Shown here piece after piece: positions 59,547-64,000 of a DNA stretch of 64,000 nucleotides. A program made the position numbers and the translations under genes. Source of the DNA: Trichinella spiralis (lineage: Eukaryota); NCBI RefSeq assembly GCF_000181795.1, contig NW_003526947.1:214217-278216 (forward strand), read 5' to 3'. Under the pieces are notes generated by a model. It made no database searches. It was not told where the DNA came from and saw nothing but the letters and a program-made list of their open reading frames with translations. Position 1 is the first letter of the stretch. Each line of letters starts with the position of its first letter.

Positions 59547-61572
59547 CAAAGTAACTTTTTTAGACAATTTCAGACAAAATGCCGCTTGTTTTCTTGTTCA
59601 ACTTTTTATGCAAACAGCAAACTAAGCGTATATTAATGACAATTTGACGATTGCATTCCAGCTAACCAAGTGCGCCAATAGTTAGCTAAGCCAAATAGCA
59701 TATGGCAGTTAAAATTCAAACAAGCCCACAGCTGCAGGGTATATGCTGAACATGATCCTGAAATGGAATTTTTCTACCTGTGGGTTTAGTTTGACTGGTT
59801 CACGATGCCAAAATGCCAATTGTCCATGCGTTTCAACTTGATGCCGTAAGCATGGGGAAAACGAATTGCCAGATTTTCAAATTACTCTTCTACTATTAAC
59901 TTTCGTTTCTTCAGTTTTTCAAAATTACTAAATATTATTACTTTTTTCTTAACCAACTATACTTAAATTCCTAAAACATGAATTATACTGAAATTTTGAA
60001 AAACGTCAATTTGATGATAAAATTTTAAATTTTGACATAATAATTTTACAAAATATACTCGTAGTTAAAGACTGAATTTATCAAACACGCAAGCAGAGTG
60101 CTAACATGGTATTGTAGCGAGCATTCAGGACATTGAATATTAACTGTCATTTATATGGGCCTTGCTATTGGCCATTTTACTTTTTCAATCGACATTTGTT
60201 TCATTGAGCGTTTGTTGCTGAATACAAATTTTTATCAATAAAAATGAATATTAAAAAAACATATATATATATATAATATTTATAAATGAAATAGAATTAT
60301 ATTTTTGTTATAAACTAAATATGATTTTATTGCTTTAATTTTACATTAAATGGCAAAATGAAACTAAAATAAAGCTTTGCACTGTAAATTGCTATGCTAC
60401 TTGTATAACATCAATGCAACTGATCAAGTAGTTTGTGATTTGCGAGTTGTTTACTACTTCATCTGTTATGCATTTTAAAGATATTTGAAGAAAGCCAACA
60501 ACATGTGTACACTGTTGACTTGACAGTTGCTCATCTTTTGAATATTTTCAGTGGCCAATATTGCATGCTTTCAATATACTTTGTCATGCTTGTCATCAGT
60601 GACAATTGCAATATCTTTATATATTTCATTCACGATTTAAATAAGCACAAAATGGCTGACTCGGTGTATTAAATTTCTCAATTTTTGTTGTGATGTTGAA
60701 ATAAATAATATCAAAATTGCTTGATATTTATCATTTTTCAAAAAATAATGCCAATAATGCTCCACAACTTTAAATTTAAAATTTAGCATACTTTTTAATG
60801 ATACAACTAGTTAATAAACTAATCAGTTGCAAATGAGAAAATGTACTATTTTTAAATTTATTATGTTATACTTTGTTAAATAATGAACTGATATTCAGTT
60901 TATCTGCATTGATGTCTAGTTGCTGAAGAGAGGCAATTGAATTTTATGCTTAAAACTCACACTGTTGATCTATAAAGCTTTTTGATTAGAATATTCTACT
61001 TTCGGCAGCATGATTTTAAAGATCACAATGAAAGCATTGTCGTTCGAACAAAAATATTTTCAAGTAACACTGCTGCTAATAAATGGAGATAAATGCTTAA
61101 ACTACACAAGTAAAGAATGCAGTTACGAAGCTGTTTACTATTAAACTTCTTCCTTGCTACTATCGCTACTACTACTACTACTACTTCTACTATTACTACT
61201 ATTTACTGAACTCATTTGAATTGTTTCTCACTTTATTACAACAAAGCAGAACAATTAATTCTCCTGTATCATTCAAATATAAAAACAACTGAAGCTATAT
61301 TGTTTGCTAATTATACGCTTAAAAAGATACAACGAATGACATTTCTAGCATGCTGTAGCAAACAAATAAAATAATTCCTGCGACAAATCTTTACTCTTAC
61401 ATTCTACAAACACACACAAGCATATATAAATATATATATTTGTATATATGTTTGTATAATATAATTTATCTGTCTGCTTTAGGCACTACTACCAATTTCT
61501 TTATCGATTAGTCTTTAAATATTAAACTAAAAATGTCAAAAACTGTAGTAAATAATAAACTATACATCAGAC

Positions 61573-62437
61573 CAACGTTTCTTAACAATTTCATCCTCGC
61601 GGAACCCTGTATAATTTTTTAAAATGCTTTTTTCTTTTTCAATAACTTATAGCTCTTAAGGCATGCATACTATATTCTAACAAGCTGGTGAAGCTGAAAT
61701 GAATAATGGCTACAATAATAACATGCATAACGAATAGCAGATAATATCTACTGGAATTAATTGTTCATTGGTGACGTTTATAAGGCGAAGCAATGTGTCA
61801 TATAAATAAATATATGGGTCAACAGGATGTTGTTTTCGAAATCAATCTGTATATGATTACTTGACTGTGATTTGTCATGAAATGTCCATTTAATTTTGCT
61901 GGAGCCACTGCTGCATTTGAAAGTTGCTTGCCACAGACAAAGTATAAGGGAATAGGGCAACTTGGATCACCAATCCAATTAATGCCCATTTTGAAATAAC
62001 TTTCATTGTACAAACGGACCTTCTATGTGTTCTTTTTTTCAATGATACCTGTAAGTCATCAGAAGGCAGCACTTCCTAGTCACTAGTCAAATCAGAATTG
62101 CTTGGACGTGTCCTTTGAAAAACTGCCACATCCAGGATGTTGAAAACAAAATAAATAATTAATACTTGATTGAATAAGAGAAAAACAGAGGGAATGACAA
62201 AAGAAGTAACAGCTGAAAGCTACAGTAAAAATGAATAGAACTCAGGTAAATTAGAGAAACAATGACTCGCACTCAAATTTCTACAACGGAGAAAAATATA
62301 GGTAGATACTTTGACCTCGTGAAGACATCGTTGTGAGTGGGAAAAGTGATTGGACATATCCTCAGACAATTTGCACTTGTGGCAATATTTTGCGGAACCC
62401 CTGGACGCACTCACGGAACCCCATTTCAGAAACGCTG
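61573..62437 (-). mobile_element. Non-autonomous hAT-Charlie/Buster DNA transposon
   Basis: TIRs CAACGTTTCTTAA / TTCAGAAACGCTG, subterminal GGAACCC motifs and an 8-bp TSD catcagac/tataagac (6/8 match). BED-finger remnant YNESYFKMG...PLYFVCGKQLSNAAVAPAKLNGHFMTNH (62013-61819). Confidence 0.85.
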
Positions 62438-62848
62438 TATAAGACAATTAATTATAAGTGTAAATAATCAGGTAGATGCTGAACAGATTGATAATGTGCT
62501 GATTAAATAATTAGTAAATTTTAGAATTTGTAGGCTATAGTACAGAATAAATGCTAATGAAGCTCCGCAAACTTTAAAATTTTTTGAAAATAATGTTGGG
62601 CTTTTCAATATACAGTTAAGCATAACACGTCATCGACATTTTGAAAGTTTGATATATAAGAATTAAAGAAAAGATTTTCCTATTGACTTAATCATTAATT
62701 ATTTCAAAATTTTATACATTTCAAAATTCACCACAATTAGTAAAAGCAAGTTGCTGGAAGTCGTATGAATTGGTGAAGAAGAAAATCTTCCAGCACCTCT
62801 AGAGCGACAAAAACAATAGTACGTTTTTCTGTAGTATGAAGTGCTTAA

Positions 62849-63516
62849 CCTTATGATGGATTGTTGGCGTTGGGTACATTGTTGGAGTCATGGGTGCGCC
62901 ACACCTCACATTAGAATTCCTGCTCAACACTTTTCCATATCTTTAAGCTAAAACTATAGAAATGGCTTAGAAAAACGTAGTTGTATCAGAACACCAAAAA
63001 ATGACTAGAGATCTGAATTTTAGTCTCAAAATGCGCAGAATAACGTATTATACTCAACTCTGTTACCTGTCTCATGAATTTTGCGAAACATAATCTACAC
63101 GAAGAAAAGAACTAAAATGACGATTTTCTAACGATAATTTTGCTGCAATTTTTACCGATAAAAGTCTTCAAAATTATTAAAATTGAAAATATTTCAATGC
63201 CGTCATATACAACTATTTTTTTTACAATCTATTAAAGCAACTTTTATAATAATTGAAGATATTTTAAGCTTTTCACACGTGTTTTTGTAAAGTGAGGGTA
63301 TGCCACACCCCAAGAACCCAACAATGTATTTTTTAAATTTACGATGTTCTATAGACCAAACAAAAATATCTGAAATATTGCATTTCTTTTCAAAATATAT
63401 CTTATTGTTTCAAAAGAGTTGTCACAAAGCTTCAGACTATAAAAATAAAAATTGACAAACTGCATCGAAAACAAAGCCGCCTGGGGAGTGCTACACCCCA
63501 ACAATTCATCAAAGGG
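62849..63516. mobile_element. piggyBac-type MITE
   Basis: TTAA at 62845-62848 and 63517-63520. TIRs CCTTATGATGGATTGTTGG / CCAACAATTCATCAAAGGG, with an asymmetric subterminal inverted repeat (~62873-62909 vs ~63292-63328). Confidence 0.8.
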
Positions 63517-63754
63517 TTAATTTAGAGTAAATTTAAAATATATAAACATTGGAGGTAAATTTAAACAAAAAGCTTCATTGATCAAATTTAAAACAAAAAA
63601 CGTTTAAAGTACATTAAACTCTAGCTATATATAAGCAGCGATTAACGGGATTTGCGATCAGTTTTGCCTTTTTTGACGAACAGGACGCTCCTCTGACGTC
63701 AAGTAAGTGAACAATTTAGAGGGTAAAATTTTGTAATTTTCGTTCTCTTTCAGA

Positions 63755-64000
63755 ATGCTTGATTCTCGAATGTTCAATTGCGAGTTCGTAAAACGGTTTC
63801 AGTATGTGATTAGGATGGCAGCAGTGATCCAATGGATCGCGATGGTGGTCGCCATTTTCTACTTAATTTTGCTGTACAGAAAGGCGAAAAATACCGATTG
63901 GAGACGTCGTAGGGAAATACGGCACAATCAAGTATTAAAAGATATCGGCCGTTTCAAATCGGTTCCACTTCGATTTTATTCCAAAGTTCCAAGTGGCGAA
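63755..64000 (+). CDS. 5' end of a probable type II membrane protein gene, running off the window
   Basis: TATA-like at ~63627, donor GTAAGT at 63703 and acceptor TTTCAG at 63753. Open frame MLDSRMF...AAVIQWIAMVVAIFYLILLYRKAK... continues to the window end. Confidence 0.6.
   Translation, partial: MLDSRMFNCEFVKRFQYVIRMAAVIQWIAMVVAIFYLILLYRKAKNTDWRRRREIRHNQVLKDIGRFKSVPLRFYSKVPSGE

Overview
AT-rich eukaryotic genomic DNA with short (about 50-70 nt) GT-AG introns. The gene content and an intact ZRSR2-type splicing factor suggest a clade I nematode such as Trichinella (inference, not verified). The first 13 kb is a rearranged, TE-rich block: a local duplication, a tRNA-derived SINE-like element, a decayed Ty1/copia element with a piggyBac inserted in its protease, two SmD3 copies, a scrambled BEL/Pao element and a low-quality gap overlap. 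Next come an intronless RBBP4/RbAp48, ZRSR2, an AP-2 transcription factor with alternative first exons and AP-2 sites in its own upstream region, and a tail-less class I HDAC. These are followed by an unusual WW-domain gene with a long tandem array of SUMO consensus motifs (VKQE), an IP3 3-kinase, a single-exon multi-three-finger membrane protein, a kainate-type glutamate receptor, hAT-Charlie and piggyBac non-autonomous elements, and the start of a type II membrane protein gene. All calls come from manual reading; exon boundaries marked approximate are uncertain.
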